From positions 1 to 64,000 of IMG/VR virus record IMGVR_UViG_3300016476_000523: 64,000 nt of DNA; one strand, written 5' to 3'. The position numbers were made by a program, and so were the translations under genes. This stretch comes from an uncultured virus (IMG/VR IMGVR_UViG_3300016476_000523) (lineage: Duplodnaviria; Heunggongvirae; Uroviricota; Caudoviricetes). Shown here piece after piece: positions 1-15,300 of the stretch; the stretch's first letter is position 1; each line of letters begins with the position of its first letter. The notes under the pieces were generated by a model. The model ran no database searches. It saw nothing but the letters and a program-made list of their open reading frames with translations, and had not been told where the DNA came from.

Positions 1-203
1 AATTCTTTGTTATCGATAGTTTCATAGTACTTGATTATCGTCTTCTTGAATTTATCTTTACCTAACGACAATATATCACTTTTTAAGTCTTTATTAGAAC
101 CATAGTATTCAGGGTCATCATATTGATCACTGCCTATATATCTCCACGGCGATATACCTAACTCTTTGTTATGCAGGTTTTCAGTTATATATATACAGGG
201 CAT
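1..203 (-). CDS. GIY-YIG (Seg-like) homing endonuclease, N-terminal part; runs off the window edge
   Basis: Translated by hand: MPCIYITENLHNKELGISPWRYIGSDQYDDPEYYGSNKDLKSDILSLGKDKFKKTIIKYY. Shows CIY...YIG...YYGS motifs. ATG overlaps the upstream stop (TAATG). Not in the ORF track. Confidence 0.75.
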   Translation of the reverse strand, partial: MPCIYITENLHNKELGISPWRYIGSDQYDDPEYYGSNKDLKSDILSLGKDKFKKTIIKYYETIDNKE

Positions 204-349
204 TAATTATCTCCTCGTTGTTGAACCAAAACTTCTGTAGTATTTGGATCAAAAATTTTTATACTCGATGAGAAGTAGAATCCACCCACTTCATTTGGCT
301 TTCTAGTGGATTCTACTTCTTTATTATCTTTTGGCTCTTTTTCATTCAT
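203..349 (-). CDS. Small (48 aa) hypothetical late protein
   Basis: MNEKEPKDNKEVESTRKPNEVGGFYFSSSIKIFDPNTTEVLVQQRGDN*. GATAAATA late-promoter box 5 nt upstream; fills the gap between the flanking genes. Confidence 0.65.
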   Translation of the reverse strand: MNEKEPKDNKEVESTRKPNEVGGFYFSSSIKIFDPNTTEVLVQQRGDN

Positions 350-360
350 CTCTTTATTTA

Positions 361-3300
361 TCATTCAATAATATCCGTATTTAAGAATTCAGCAGCAGCA
401 GTTTGACTGATTTGTAAAGGATCACCGTCTGCTACATTAAATATATTAGAATTCCAAGTTTGATTGTAGTAAACATCATTCAAACGATTAGCTGACAACA
501 ATCCATATACTTCAGTGTATGTAGAAATTAACGGTTGCTTACTAGTACCGTTAACTCCTCGTTCTAAATTGCTTAATGTGTTGTTATCAAAATCAACTGC
601 TCCAAATCTTATTTGCTCACCGTTTATGTAAACAGTATTACCTTCAAGTATAGTAATAGTAAGTTGATCACCTGTAGTAATATAAGCACCTGCAGTTATC
701 TTTAGAGTAGGTGATAAGTTTTCAACTACTATTTGATAATCATCACTTGATAATAATTGATTTGTAGTTTGATTAAACACAGTTACACTAGTAATTAGAC
801 GCTTGTCTGCTGCTAGTCCGATATAATAGAATCCAGAATCTACCGCAGGTGTAGTTTCTGTTTGAACAATTGTTCTAACTAATCGTGAAACATCATCAAC
901 ATAAATTTCAGTACTCAAGTCTTGTATTGATTGTGTCAACCATGTTCTAGTTCCAGTGTTAGCTCTATACACACTAGCTATACCGTTCTTGTTAACAAAG
1001 TTTAAGTATATTTCTTCATCAGGTGAAGCATATGGCATCATACTTGTTATTACAACTTCATCTCCGTTAGCAATGCTAGTAAGAATACTTAGTTCGTTAT
1101 TTTCATTAATTACCAAGCTTGAAGAAGGAACACGATATCCATTTACAGTTACCCACAAGCGATCAGTGTTTACTTGATCCCAAACAGAAGTAATTGTGTA
1201 TGAACTTGCAATCCAAGTATACCCATCACCGATATAATTTGATACACCAGTAACTGGGTAGTTTATAGCGCCTACTGCAGGATCATAACCAGTGTATCCT
1301 AAGATACCTGTTTCATATAGATCAAATGTTACAGAATCAATAATCTTAGCGTAGTAAGTATTGTTGTTTAACTGTACTGATCCTAAGGTTCCGTCTATTC
1401 TTACAACATCGTTTTCAGAGAATCCGTGTGCAGTGTTAGTAGTCACGCGAGTTGCGGGGGTTCCACCAACTACAACTTGCATTGCTCCAGTGCCGCCAGC
1501 AGTTACAATAACTGAACCGTTTTCGTCTTTAATCTTGAATACAGTAGGACTAACAATCGTATCTACAAAATAAACAGTTCCATCTGTTAATATATTGGCG
1601 TCGAATGATGTACCTTTAAACTGAACAGTTGAATTGACTACAAATCCAGTAGTACTGTCTACTGTTATTTCATTAGGAGCTCCAGCAGTAGAACTAGTTG
1701 CACGAGTAGTAGCTAATGGAGGCGTAATTTCAGTAGAAATACTTTGAATAGAAGATACTACTTCAGTTGATGTAACTGTAATAGACTGTGTATTCAAATA
1801 CTGACGCTGTGTATCATTAAATGTAGTTACAGCAATCACACTGTTTAGCCCAGGTGTTCCACTAAATGTGATAGTATCTAAATTAGAATCAATCGTATAA
1901 TCTGCTGGTACCACTCGCAACCCGTCTATCTCAACAATTGCATCGGTTACGTTATCTTTACCAACAAAGTTAGTTAGAGTGAACACAGTGTTTGCGCCGT
2001 CACCTAGAATGATTTGTGTTTCTGGTATAGAATATCCATACTGTATTGGATCAGTTTCACCAAATATAGTATAAGCCAAATAGTCATCAGTTGAATTATA
2101 TGGTTCTGCAAAAATTAACTTAGCAGAAACATTGTTATCGGCTAATCCTATAGCATAATCGTTTGATACAAACATAGAAGTACCAGTTGCATCACTTAAT
2201 ACCTTTACTGATCCACCTTGAGTATCACTTATTGTAAACTCAGTGTCGTTTATAACAGTTTTTACATAGTAAGTAGTCATAGGCAGAATGTCGTTGCCGA
2301 ACATACACTGACAGAACTTAATAGGACTGTTTTCGATCAGTTTGTTTGCTCCTGCAACTACTACGATAGCGTTGTTACTAGACTTGGTGCTGATAGCAGT
2401 ACTTGTTGTTCCTATTAAAAGTTTATTACCATTGTGATACACTAATGGATCTGACCATACACTTCCTTCAACTTGAATTAGCATTGAGCCTAATGCATTG
2501 CTAAGAGCAAAGATAGGGCCTGCAACTCCATTCACTGTAGTTTCGGAAATAGTGATAGTATCACCGATATAGTCAATTGACTTAACGTAATATTGTTTGT
2601 TTGCAACAATACCACCAAATACTGATCCAAAGAATCTAATAGGACCGTTCAAAATCAAGTCGCCAACGTTATCACATACAATAGTATCTGATGCTGCAAC
2701 AGTTTCAGTTGCTTCTATGTCTGCACCTGTAGTAGGTCTTATAGCGCCACTACCAGCGAATAAGGATGCTGAGTAGTTGCAGTTTAAAAATATTTCGTTG
2801 AAACCTGTACCAGTATTGATTCTGATAGGATCAGTTTTTGAATTAGAACGCACCAACTGATCACCGTTACCAGTTTCATAAACATCTATTCTTAAAATGT
2901 CTTTGACTGGAGCATATGTTAATGCTGCATCTAATACAACCACATTGTTTATCCAATCGATAGTGTAATCAATATTTTCATAGATCGTAGTTGACACACC
3001 AGTAGTACCATCAATCACAGCTACGAAAATCTCAAATGGATACTGAGTAGCGTTATTGAAACTATATTCAACTTGGGCAGGGAACTCTGGTTCTAGTTCC
3101 AACGATATTACTTTAAACCCAGTGTGCGCGTATTCATCTGCATCCCAGTTTGTTCCGGGACGTGTGTTTACTATCATAGTCAAGTTGTCTGACACAACAC
3201 CAGCAACTAATTCTTCAGGTGCATATCCTGACAAGAATTCGCCACCTTGAATATCATAGTCGAATGTATTGTTGTCAAAAGGCTGTGATTCTAATAGAAC

Positions 3301-6300
3301 ATCTAACTCATACTGATCAGCAGGAGCAAACGGATTACCTAAGTATGTAGTATTAGGATACGTAACTCCTGTAAACAACTGAGTTAAATCAACACCAGGC
3401 ATATTAACTGTTGGCTGATAGTATGCAATAGCTCTATCCATCGCATTCAGTCTACGATCACTTGGCTCTATTAATTGCCACTTACCTATTACAAATTCGT
3501 TATCATTGTTACTTACCACGCACACATACACTCTGCCTTGATACTTAACAATTGATTGATTAAAGTAGAATGGTTCTGGTAAGAATGCGTAACTACCTGC
3601 TTTAGCCATTGTCATACTACCTGAAGCGTTTATTGTAAAGTCTATAACTGTTCCGCCAGGGTTAGTAGTAAGTCTTACTGTAGTAGTGAGTGGTTTATCA
3701 TAAATGTAATATGTTTTTCCCAATTCAATTTCAGTAGAGAATATATTACCAGTAAAGACAACCGGATCATTCACGTTAAAATCATCAGAACTACTAACTG
3801 TTATTTGGTTAGTAGCTGCCACTATTTCAGTTGCAGTTGTTGTGGTAAATCCGTCGTATATAAAACCAACGCCTGATACAGGCACGGTCATAAGAGGATC
3901 TGAATATACCTCTAATTCATTAGGTGATACTACTTTTAAGTAATACTGTTGTTCTTGATCAGAAACTACACCCGAGCAAACAACATCAGTTATCTCTCCA
4001 TCACTATCTATAGAATTAACAGTTAGTAATAAATCATTTTCAGGAGTAATTCCACCAATTAGATTACCTGGAATAGAAATAGTATTGTTAACAGCATATC
4101 CTTCGCCTGCTGTGCTTACTATTGCACGATATCCACCTAAAATATAACTGATATCAAATACTGCATTTGATAAGATTTCTTGTATTAAGTCAAAGTCTCC
4201 TACAGTATCTGTTAATCCGATTGGTGCACCTCCCTTGGTTAACGACACTTTTATGTATGGAGTACCTACACCAACCATTGATCCTGTTTGTGTGATAAGT
4301 GTTTTTACGCTTCCACCAGGAGTATCGCTTATCGTAAAATTTGTGCCGTCGATAATACTTTCTATATAATATTCAACACTTATTACAATTCCGCCGATAC
4401 CTGCTCCTGAAAACACGATAGGCATATCAACATATAGCGACTCAGTGCTATTACATGTAATTGCATTACCTGAGGATGAAGTACTTGTTACTAGTACTTG
4501 TATATTAGGCATATCTGAACTGTTTGGTTCACAAGTACAAACTATTGATCCAGTGTCAGTAGAAAGAACTAATGGTGATCCACCGGGTGTTGTTGTAATT
4601 GTAAAGTTTGTTCCATCAACAATACTTTCTACATAATAAACAGTATCTGCATCTATACCACCAAGTGCATCACTGAAACTAACTGGCATACCAACGTATA
4701 AAGATGAAGTATCATTGCATGTTATTTCATTAGTAGTGTCAGTAGTATCAGTAACAGTCAACTCTAGGTTAGGCATACCTGAATATTCAATTACATAATA
4801 AGTAGTAGCTGCTGTTATGCCACCTACAGTCGTATCAAACACTACTGGCATGTTCACATAAAAATCATCTAGTCCTATTGTTGCGATGCTTATAGGTATT
4901 CTATCAACATCCGCTATAGTAGCTGCTGCAATTCTTTCTATGATATTACCATTAGTACCTGTAATATTAGCATATTGTCCTGAAGTGTTGTACAGTGTAA
5001 ATTTCTGTCCATTTACTTGTCCAGGACTTATTGGTAATGATACATTTAATGTCATTGATCCAGTGTCAGTTGTTAATTTAACTGTTTTGGCTTGACTGGT
5101 TATTTGTGCAGCAGTGTTAGCAGCGGCAGCTACTGTTCCTGTATTAAATAATACGCCATTAATTGCCGCAGAAATAGTAAGTTCAGTATCACTTATTACT
5201 TCTCTTACATAGTATGTTGTACCCGCTACTATGTTACCTAACGTAGTAGAACTTGATCCAGCTACTGTTATATTAGTAAAAATAATAGCATCGTTGGTAT
5301 TAAAACCTTCAGTAGAATCTACTGTAATAATGCTTGCGCCTGATGTACTAAGTGCTATTGTAATTACTGGATCAGGTGTTTGAGAAATAGTAAATCTCTG
5401 CTTGTCTATTACAGTAGTAACATAATAAGTTTCGTTTTCTTCAATTCCACCAAATACGTCACCTACAAAGAATACAGGTAAGTTAGTATAAAATCCTTGT
5501 GTTCCACCAGTTCCAATTAAATTCAGAGGAACTGTTATTGCATTAGTTCCTGATTGTGTTGAGGTTGCTTCCAATATGCCAGGGTAATTAACAGTTAGCA
5601 CCGCAGTATCTGTTACTTGACCAGTGTAGCATTTTAGTCCTGCGCCTACTGCACTGCTAGGTGTTAGTACTTCTGTACTTCCGCCCTCAGTTAAAGATAC
5701 AGTAAAATCAGTATCATCTATTATAGTTTTTACATAATAGGTTGTATCTTCCTGTAATCCACCTATAACTATTCCGGTAAACTTAATAGGCATTCCTACA
5801 TAGAAACCGATAGTTGATCCAGAAGCGTGATCTGTACTTGCTTCAGGAATTAGACGTATTACGTTACCTGCCTGTGTGCTACCTACTGTGCGCTCAAATG
5901 AAGACCAAGTTAATTGTCTATCATTAGTTACGTCGGCGATTTCAAACACTGCTCCTTGAGCACTTGCTTGTATTGACGCTATTAGAGGTACAGGCAATAC
6001 TTGCTCGTATGCTAATTCAATTGAAGAACTCGCAACAGTTGCACTGTTAAAATAGCTTCCTGCAAAGAATGATCCGTAGTACACACCTGCACGCCAATCT
6101 TGAACTTGTGATGTATAACTAGTTCTATCAAAGCGAACCGTAATATTATTTTCTCTGATAGGAGTCGCTGAAGAGATTGCAGAAGCTCTAGCGCCCAAGC
6201 TTAATGTTATCGCATCGTCAAACCCGATATCAGTTATTAACACACGATTGGTGTCATTGATAGCATCACTATAATTAGTATATAAAGCAAATGAAGTGGT

Positions 6301-9300
6301 AGGAACTGTTTCCAACACGTTTACATAATACCACTGATTATTCAGTAGTTTTCCTACGCCTGCTTGATTTTCACCTGCACGGTAGAAAACTAAATCACCT
6401 GTTTGCAGAGCACTGGTATTAGTTACAATAGTATGTAACTGTGAATTTATATTACTGTTTGTAATTGCAATCACAGTAGAAGGTTCTATTCTTATTTCAG
6501 GAAGAACCATATATCCTTGTCCAGGATCTATTACGTTAACGCTTATTACAGAATCCAAGCTCATTACTGGTTCAAGAATTGCTTCCTTAGTAGGAGCTGG
6601 ATATTGGTCTAAGTCAATATACGCGGTTATTCTTGGTGGCTCAGTATATCCTCTTCCGCCATCCAACACTAATACTTCAGGCAAGTCGATATATATCTTA
6701 TCATTAGGATAATGCACTGTTGCAGTGGTGCCGTTCAATCCTCGTGACAGTCCAGTGATCATATTCAATGCTCTATCAACAGATGAGTAAGCGATTTCTT
6801 CATCGCCTATCTTAATAACACCGTTGATAGGGAAGCCCTGAGCATTATCGACAAACATAACATTTGAACCAATAGTCATGTAAGTTGTCAGTGTTGTTAT
6901 TTGATAATCAGGTTGCCCTGATAAACTAACTCCTTTGTTTTGATACCATTGAGTATACGGAGCAGTTTGCCAAATGTCATTAGTGTTTTGGTATTCACTG
7001 GTACTATTAGGTATCGTATATACCAATTCAGGAGTAATAAACTGCTGCACACTGCTATTATATTCAGCAGGCAAGTCAAAGTCTGTTACTTGATTATTAT
7101 AAGTTTCAGATCCAGTATATTTAAATACAAATTCTTTTATCACAACATGATATGGCTTAACTTCATTCAAGTATCCTTCCAAGAAGTCTTGATTATCTGT
7201 TTGGAATACTTCAACAGGTTTCAATTCCCTGATAGTATGAGCAACATCAACCAATGAAGTTTTGTTTAACCATGGCAAGTAGTTTTGTGATTCAATACTT
7301 TCGCTTTGAATATACTCAAATAACAGTATCAACCCTTTATTTCTAAAGATTAATAACTCTTCGATATAAATCTGTTCATTCAAAGCACGAATGATATTTC
7401 TTGTTTCTTCACTTGGATATTCATCATATGTGTCGGTATCATAGAAGTTGTCACCAAATCCCAGTCTGGCTTCAGCGTAGTCCCAAAGAACTAAGTTAAA
7501 CTCTATTGTTCCGTTTTGTAACCCTATTCTAGTCCATACATTGTTACCGTCATATCGATAGAATTCAAATCTACCGCTGCCATTATTTTCTACTTCCACT
7601 ATAGTATTAGTAGGTACAGTTAATGCCGACAAGTCTGCATAGATAGGAACTTGTATTGCTGGTTTAGTACTGTTATTATAACCAGGTGACCACCAGTTAA
7701 TATATTGCCAATAATTAGTGGTATCGTAGAATTCTCCTTTAGCAAACAAGAACGATATATCTGGTCGTATTTCGCTTATTGGAAATTGTGTTAATACTTC
7801 ATTCGCATAAGTTAGATAATTTTTTAGTGCCAAATAACGATCATAGAAAAAGCTTTGTCTTGGTCTTGAGAATATTCCTGACTGTACCGCTTTTGGTAAG
7901 AACGGATTAGGCACTACACTTCCCGCTTCATCGACACCAGACAAACTATCTAATAGTCTATCATACAATCCTTCAGGCATTGCTGTGCTTCCTAATTTAG
8001 GTATTCCAGGTAAGAAGTCATCAGCAAAGTCTTCTCTTATTAAAGTATACTCTACATGTGCTTCGTCGTCTGTTGTACCATTAGCATAACCTATGTGGAA
8101 TACACTGTCGTTTGCATTGATGTATTCACCTGAATTGTAAATAGCAAAAGTATTTTGTTTTAGTGGTGCAACAAACGCAATGCCTGATTTAATAGGATTC
8201 TTTATGTAAGATTCTATAATAGTGTCTGACAATGTTTTGCCTTCTTGTCTAAACACAATATTTGTATTTCTAACCCAGAAATAGTACACAGGAACAACTG
8301 CATTAGACGAATCTAGTCTGCTAGACACTGTGTAGTTTGTTATATCTTTAGGTGTTCCTGGTCCTTCGTATTCACTAGGAGGAACATTGCTTGCTATCCA
8401 AGAATACACTGCAACATCACTTCCTGGGAATACTGTTCCCCAGTACTGGCTATTGTATACTACATCATTTTGATGATAATTAACAAAACGAACGTTCTTG
8501 GTATCAAACCAAACATTACCGATCTTTGATGCACCCCAAATCATTCCTGATTGAGTGTTTCCAACATTGTTATAGTTAGCTGGATCCACTGAAGAAACTA
8601 CATCTATATTCTGCCTTACTGAACCCAGTAGTTTGCCTTGTAATGGGTCAATATAATCAAGATTGATCAAAGTATTATTCGACTCAACACTGAAAATCTG
8701 TGCATTTTGTATGCTATCAATATCAACTATAGGAGCTGAACTTCTAAACACGGTCCAGTCTTTGATACCTGTTTCGTTTTCATATACAGTTACTTGACCG
8801 TCAATTGCCTCAGGGTTGAAATTAGGTGCGCCAACCATTACAACATTTTGATTAAAGTCTATAGATTCACCATACTTAGGACTGTATCCATATTCTATAT
8901 CTTTGCTGTTTACAGACTGTGCGTATACAAACTTACCAATATTTGTTAAACTTTCATTATAGTTTGCAATGTAGTCGAACATATAAACCGCGCCTGCATT
9001 AGGAGAAGTTTCTACAAACTGTGTTGCGTTATTGTCAAATATCGTATCATTTTGATAGAACTCGTCATCTACGAAATCAAATGTGGTTCCTTCATATCTT
9101 GAACTAACCGGTGCGCTAATTACAACTGAATCGTATTCGTTAAACTTAATTGCCAATCCAAATTGCGTAGGACCAAAATTATGAGGAGCATTAATTACTT
9201 GAGTTTCGCTATAAACTTCTAAACCTAGTTCACTTAAAGTAAGTGTGTTAGTTGCTGTTATTACCAATCTTTTATTAACTTGTGTTAAATTATCGTCGAT

Positions 9301-12300
9301 TATTTGAATAACAAGTTTATTATTTGATGCGATTGCTCTTATGTTAGGGATATCATTAAGTACAGCAGCAACTGTTTGAGCATTGCCAACTGGAACACTA
9401 ACCATATATCCGTTTATTAGTAATGGACGACTTGTGATCACGTTACAATCACTGGTGCCGACCACTAATCCAAACTTAGCACCAGCGTTAGTATATCTGT
9501 ACACTGCCCCTTCTTCGCTATTTTCGTTAATTTCAAAAGGAGATCCTACTAAAATTTCAGTTCCAGACTGTGCTATATCAAGTGAATATCCAAATTGAGT
9601 ACCAACACGATTATTAAACTGACTATTAAAAGTTTGTACATAAGTGAAATGCTGACCACTTACTGTGAGTATATCACCAATAGAGTAATCACCAGAATAT
9701 ACTAACTTGTTTCCTACAACACCATAGTTGCTGTCTTGTACAAGAACACCATTTCTGTATACATAAAGGGAAGTAGTTTGTACATTTGCAGTAGTACCAG
9801 TAATTGAACCCTTGGTAGTGATAGAAAAAATATCAGCAGTTGATCTAGTAGTTTTTATAGTAATGTCACTGCCTGATATACTTCTAACATAATAAACATA
9901 GTTAGTTTCAATACCAGTGTCTGCTAAACCTGTACCAGAAAACATAATAGGATCATTTACGCTGATATCAGTAGTATTACTTAATGTAATCAAATTGCCC
10001 ACGGAATTAGTAGCACTTACTGTTTTGCTAACCGTGGTAGGTGTCCATGCTAACGTATTAATATTTGAATTTTCGATTTCAATATTCTGTACTGAGCGTG
10101 AGAATGCATATGCGCTACCCCAACTAGTGATGTTCACATCATAGTCTTTGTTAGGAGCTCCAATAACTACTACGTCACCGCTGTAGTTAGTACTAATTGA
10201 ACTACCAAAATTGTCGTTTGATACTGCGCCAACTGTGGCACCATCAATTTCTTCAGCAAACACATAACTAATTTGTGTTGCGGTGCCTGTACCTGTACCT
10301 ACACCAGTTGCTACGAAAGTTATACCTACTTTATTTTCGATTGCTCCTACTAGGGTGAAATCAGTTGTGCCTATTTCTGTTATTACATAAGTTTCACCTG
10401 AACTAAAATATCCAGCACTGAGTAAAACATTCTGCTTAGTATACGCATGTACTTTGTTGTTATCTATATCAGAGATATAAAGCCAATTACTATCTCCAGA
10501 CAATGCAATTGCACTACCCCAGTTAGTTACTCCGCCAGGTGCTGCGATTGTTTGGCAAGGTACAAAACTATTTGATAATTGACTATCATTTATAACGTAT
10601 ACATGAACTTCAGATGCAGTAGTTGGCTCAGAAATTACATAAGTGTTTTGTGCATATGCTATTTGTGAACCGAATGATGCGCCACCTGATAGTGTTTCAA
10701 CTATATTATATGCGTTAGAAGAGTTTTTAGTATAACGATAAACTTCACCTAATCCAGCGTCACTTACTAAGTAACCCGCTTGATCTGTGTAGGCAACTTG
10801 ACTACCGAAAGTTACACTTGATACTTTTGATAAATCGTTATCGTACTGATAGTTCAAGCTCTTTCTGTATACTTCCCAGCTTCCGCTAGTTCCTTCATCT
10901 ACCCATACTGTGTTCTTTACAAATTCAGCATCGATTAAAGGCAAGCTATTAATATCTGACGGCTTGTCCACTCGCTGTGACTGGAATGTTAATCCAATAC
11001 CTTGACCGCTAGTAGTTGTCACTGTAGTCACTGCTATAGGAATAATTACTTCAGTTAAACTAACTACATTTGATACCAAATAGTAACCATCGATGTTAGT
11101 AGCATAATTTATAATGGCTAGTGTGTCAGACTTTGACAATCCGTGAGGTTGTGCAAACGTTACTGTAGCAGTATTATTAGGATTAATTCTAACTGAAACT
11201 ACTCTGCCTACTTGTTTCCAAGTTAATACATCCCAGTTTCCTAAGTAATTTGCTAACCAAGCATAATCTCTAACATAGAAATCATTTATTGGCACTGGTT
11301 CATTATTTTTATTAACAGCAAGAGGCAATCCTGAATAGAAATAAGAAGACATTTTAACGTCATTAAAGTTTACATATCCAGCATCAGGGAATACTCTTGA
11401 AGGAGTATTAGGATCAATGGTACTTAAAATATCAACAGTATCTATTGGTCTGTTGTAATTGAACAACCCGTATATAGGTACTTCTTGTTGACTGCCTTCG
11501 GTAAATACTCCATTTGTTAAACTTACGATAGATGGATTGCTAGTAAGTTTTTGTTCATTTAGTCTAAAATCAACGAAGTTCTTGTTTAATATACCACCAT
11601 ATTCAGTAGTTTTAATTGCCCAGTTTTCATATACATCATATTCTATTCCGCCTTGAGGCAAATTAGCACCTTTAAATGCTTCTACGGAATTTCTTGTTCC
11701 TTTGTTCTTGATTAAATTCTGATATACATTAATTTGTGTAATATCAGTTAAGTCTACTAAATCTAAATAATCTCTAGGTCTGTATCCTATCAAAGAGAAG
11801 CCTAACAAGTCTGCGTCTCTTTCTAAGTTAGCTTTGTTCACATCGTAGTATAGTGAACTTTCATATGATCTAGTTGAAGAGTTTGGTAAGAGTCCCTTTT
11901 GAATTTGATCATAGTCGGTTTCTTTCCATTCTCTTTCATTGAACACTGTATTAGGCTCAATAACTTTTAAGGCTGTCCAGTATTTGTTCTTATAAAGAAC
12001 GATTGATCCTTTAGTGTACTTGACTGCTCTAGACCACTCTGTAATATTGTCTTGATTTAAAATAAATCCAGAAGCATTAATCGTACCGTTCCACTCAGCA
12101 GTTTTATTACCGCGAACATAAATTCTGCTTTGTCTTAATCCAGTAACTAAGTTATAAATTGTGTCGTTGAACAATGTTTCATTATCAAACACAATCGCGT
12201 GTTCAAAATTACTTAGATTAAATTGACCATAAGAAACTGAGTCTCCTTGATTTAATGCAGTAACACTAAACTCAGTGCCATCTCTAAACACACTCATGTC

Positions 12301-15300
12301 TTTTGCTTGTATTGGATACAAGTTTTGATTTAATACAAAGTTTGTGTTTTGTATAGTCAATGGTTGAACAATGGCATTCTCGCGGTTTATTTTTAGATTC
12401 TGTGCTGCTGGGTTTAATAAAACAATGCTTCCAACTTCCCAGCCAGTTTGTGACCAGTATAAAAACTCACTAATCATCAAATTCCAGTTTACTTCAAAAC
12501 CAGCCACTATGTCATTAAACTGCATACCCTGTGATCTTAGGTAAGCACCGTAACTAGCTAAGAATTGTGCTACTTCTTGTTCACTAAAGAATTTAGTACC
12601 ATATGGAACCAATACCTCAGTGTTAGAGTAATCAACAGCAATACGAACTTTTTCGTTTTCTATTTCAATGTTATTGAACTTACCGTTATTAACGGGCTTT
12701 AATGTTTTAAAGTACGCAGTAGTCTGTGAATTACCAAACACTGTATAACCATCTTGTGTTATTTGTACAACAACACCAGAATATACAATGCGATCAAATG
12801 GTTGATTATCGTATAACAACAATGAATAGCTTTCATCAGGAATTAACAAGGATGCGTTTCTGCTATTGGGAGTTCCTTTTTCTACATAGAACTTTAACAA
12901 ATCTTTATCACTGTACCCAGCTAAACGATATACCAATCTTACGTCTAAGTTATCTAGTAAAGTAGTGATGTTTTGAGTAGCGTTAATGCCTAGTTGTTTT
13001 TCGTAATCAACTATCCAGTTAATATAACTTGTTTTAGCAGTTCCTGAACCGTAAATTTCAACATCACTTATTACTAAATGACTTCTGTTGTTTACTAGGT
13101 ACTGGTTAAATTCTTCACTGTATTTGTAGTTGTCTAAGTCTACGCCCAAGTTAAAGAAGTTAGCTGGTTTCATTAATGCAAATATTCTCATCAAATCGAA
13201 TGGATAAGATGAACTTCTGCGATAGCTTAATTCAACTGGAGCATCATCTCCAACTTTCCAATCTCTTTGAAATGTATTAGCGTTATAGTTACCAACAATC
13301 GAAACAAATGGAGATACTAAATCACCGGCGCTATCTACTGGAATAATTTGTGTTAATCCAGGACGAGCAACTGCTTCTACTGTAATAGGGGTTCCGTTAT
13401 TCCAAATAATACCTTGTTCTAAGTCATTCCAAAGAACTAAGTTATCGCTGGTATAAGGAGCAGGACCATATCTGTCTGTCCACCAAGTTGGCTGATCAGT
13501 GAATCCTAACATTTCCCATGGTGTAGCATTTGGTGTAGTTGTATCATAGAAATATTGATACGCTCCTCTCCAATATCCTTGTTCTATTGGCTGTTTGTTT
13601 AACTTATTGGCTGAATTATAGTAATTAAATGTGTATTCATTTGTTTTTGAAAACACTTGAGTCTTGTAGTTTAGTCTGTTCTGGCCTACCCAATCCAAGA
13701 ATGTCTCGCTGTACATTTGCAAGAATTCACTATAGGTGTAATCAGTATCTCTAAAGAATCCTGGAAGAACTTCGTATGCCTGAATTGGAATAGTGTTGCT
13801 CAACTTGAGATTGTTATAAACTCTTAATTCAAATTCTAATAAACCTTGATCTCTAAAATCTTCTAAAGTGTTTGTTACTGTATCATAAGATCCATATAGC
13901 TTATTGTAAGAACCGTCGTGTCCTTTGATGAAATATGTAGGTTGAGTATAACCAGTGTCTAATACAACTTCTGGTTTAAACGCTGGGTACAATCCAAGCT
14001 TAGTTGGTGTATTAGGAACATAACTACCATAAGTCTTATTGTATTCTTTAACAGTAATTTGATCTCCTGCAATCAAGTCTAGTGTAACTGTTAGAGAAGG
14101 AGAATCTTGACTGATAATATAATCAACATTTCTTACTAACTGTTTTTGAATTCTAGTACCAGAAACTACTCTGGTCAAGTATACTAAAACACCGTTATAA
14201 TTTGCAGAACTAAAGTCATATATCTCAAACAATGGATATATGCTGGTATCTAAGTCATTTGCAAACACATAAGTATTGCTTCTAAAAGGAGACTTAGCTG
14301 GTATCATATCGCTCCAGAAGAACGCTTGTTCTTCGCTTTTTGAAGACGTAATAATATCTATAGCTTGATCTAAAATGTCTGCCGGTGTGTAACGCTGTAC
14401 GTATTCTGAATTGTTAATCGTATCCACTAACAAGTTCTTGAACTTGATGTATTCTCTGCTGTTGAACTTTAATGCATCAAATAAACTGTGTTCTGTTTTT
14501 CGTAAGAAAGTACCAGGCAATACCAGTGATGCACTGTTTTGAATTATCTTTGTACCGTAAGGAACTAGATTACCTAAATCTCTGTAATTGTTAGAACCAA
14601 ATACTTGTCCAATAATATTAGGAGCATTTACGTAGATATCTCTGTATTGCATTCTGATATCACCCACGTTTACTCTTTCTAAGTCTTGATTCAATGGGTT
14701 GTTACTCAAGTTAACTGGTATTGTGTAATACGCTTGATTGCTAATTTGATTACTAAAAACTAGAATTTCTATTGGCGTATCTTCAGTTAACGAACTAGTG
14801 TTCAACAACTCAACAATAGTTGAATTATCAGTTATTGTATATGTGTATTGAGTTATACACTGGCATGCATTGTTTACATAAACTTGTACACTAGACCATG
14901 ATTCGCCAGTTTCTTCAACAGCAGCGATGTCACATACAAAGGTTGAGGTAGGATCATCCTTTAAATATTCAAACTGAAAAACTTGATACTGCTGACTGTT
15001 AGCAACCGCAGTTTGCCATCCTAATTCTCTAGTGTAATCAGTTCTAGTATCGTAGTTGTAAACATAACCTGTATTAACTTTTTGTGTTATCGGTGTTGTA
15101 CCAGAAACATAATCAAATGTATCTAGGTTTAATGAAACGTCAAAGCTAATATCTCCTACGTTTTCTACTGCGCTATAGCGAATAGGGAAACCAAGTATTG
15201 GATCATCTGTTCCAGTACCTATGCCATATGAAAATAGTTTGCATCCACGGAAAGAAGTACCTTCATAAAGTGAGGTGTCACTAAAGCTAATACCATTTTT

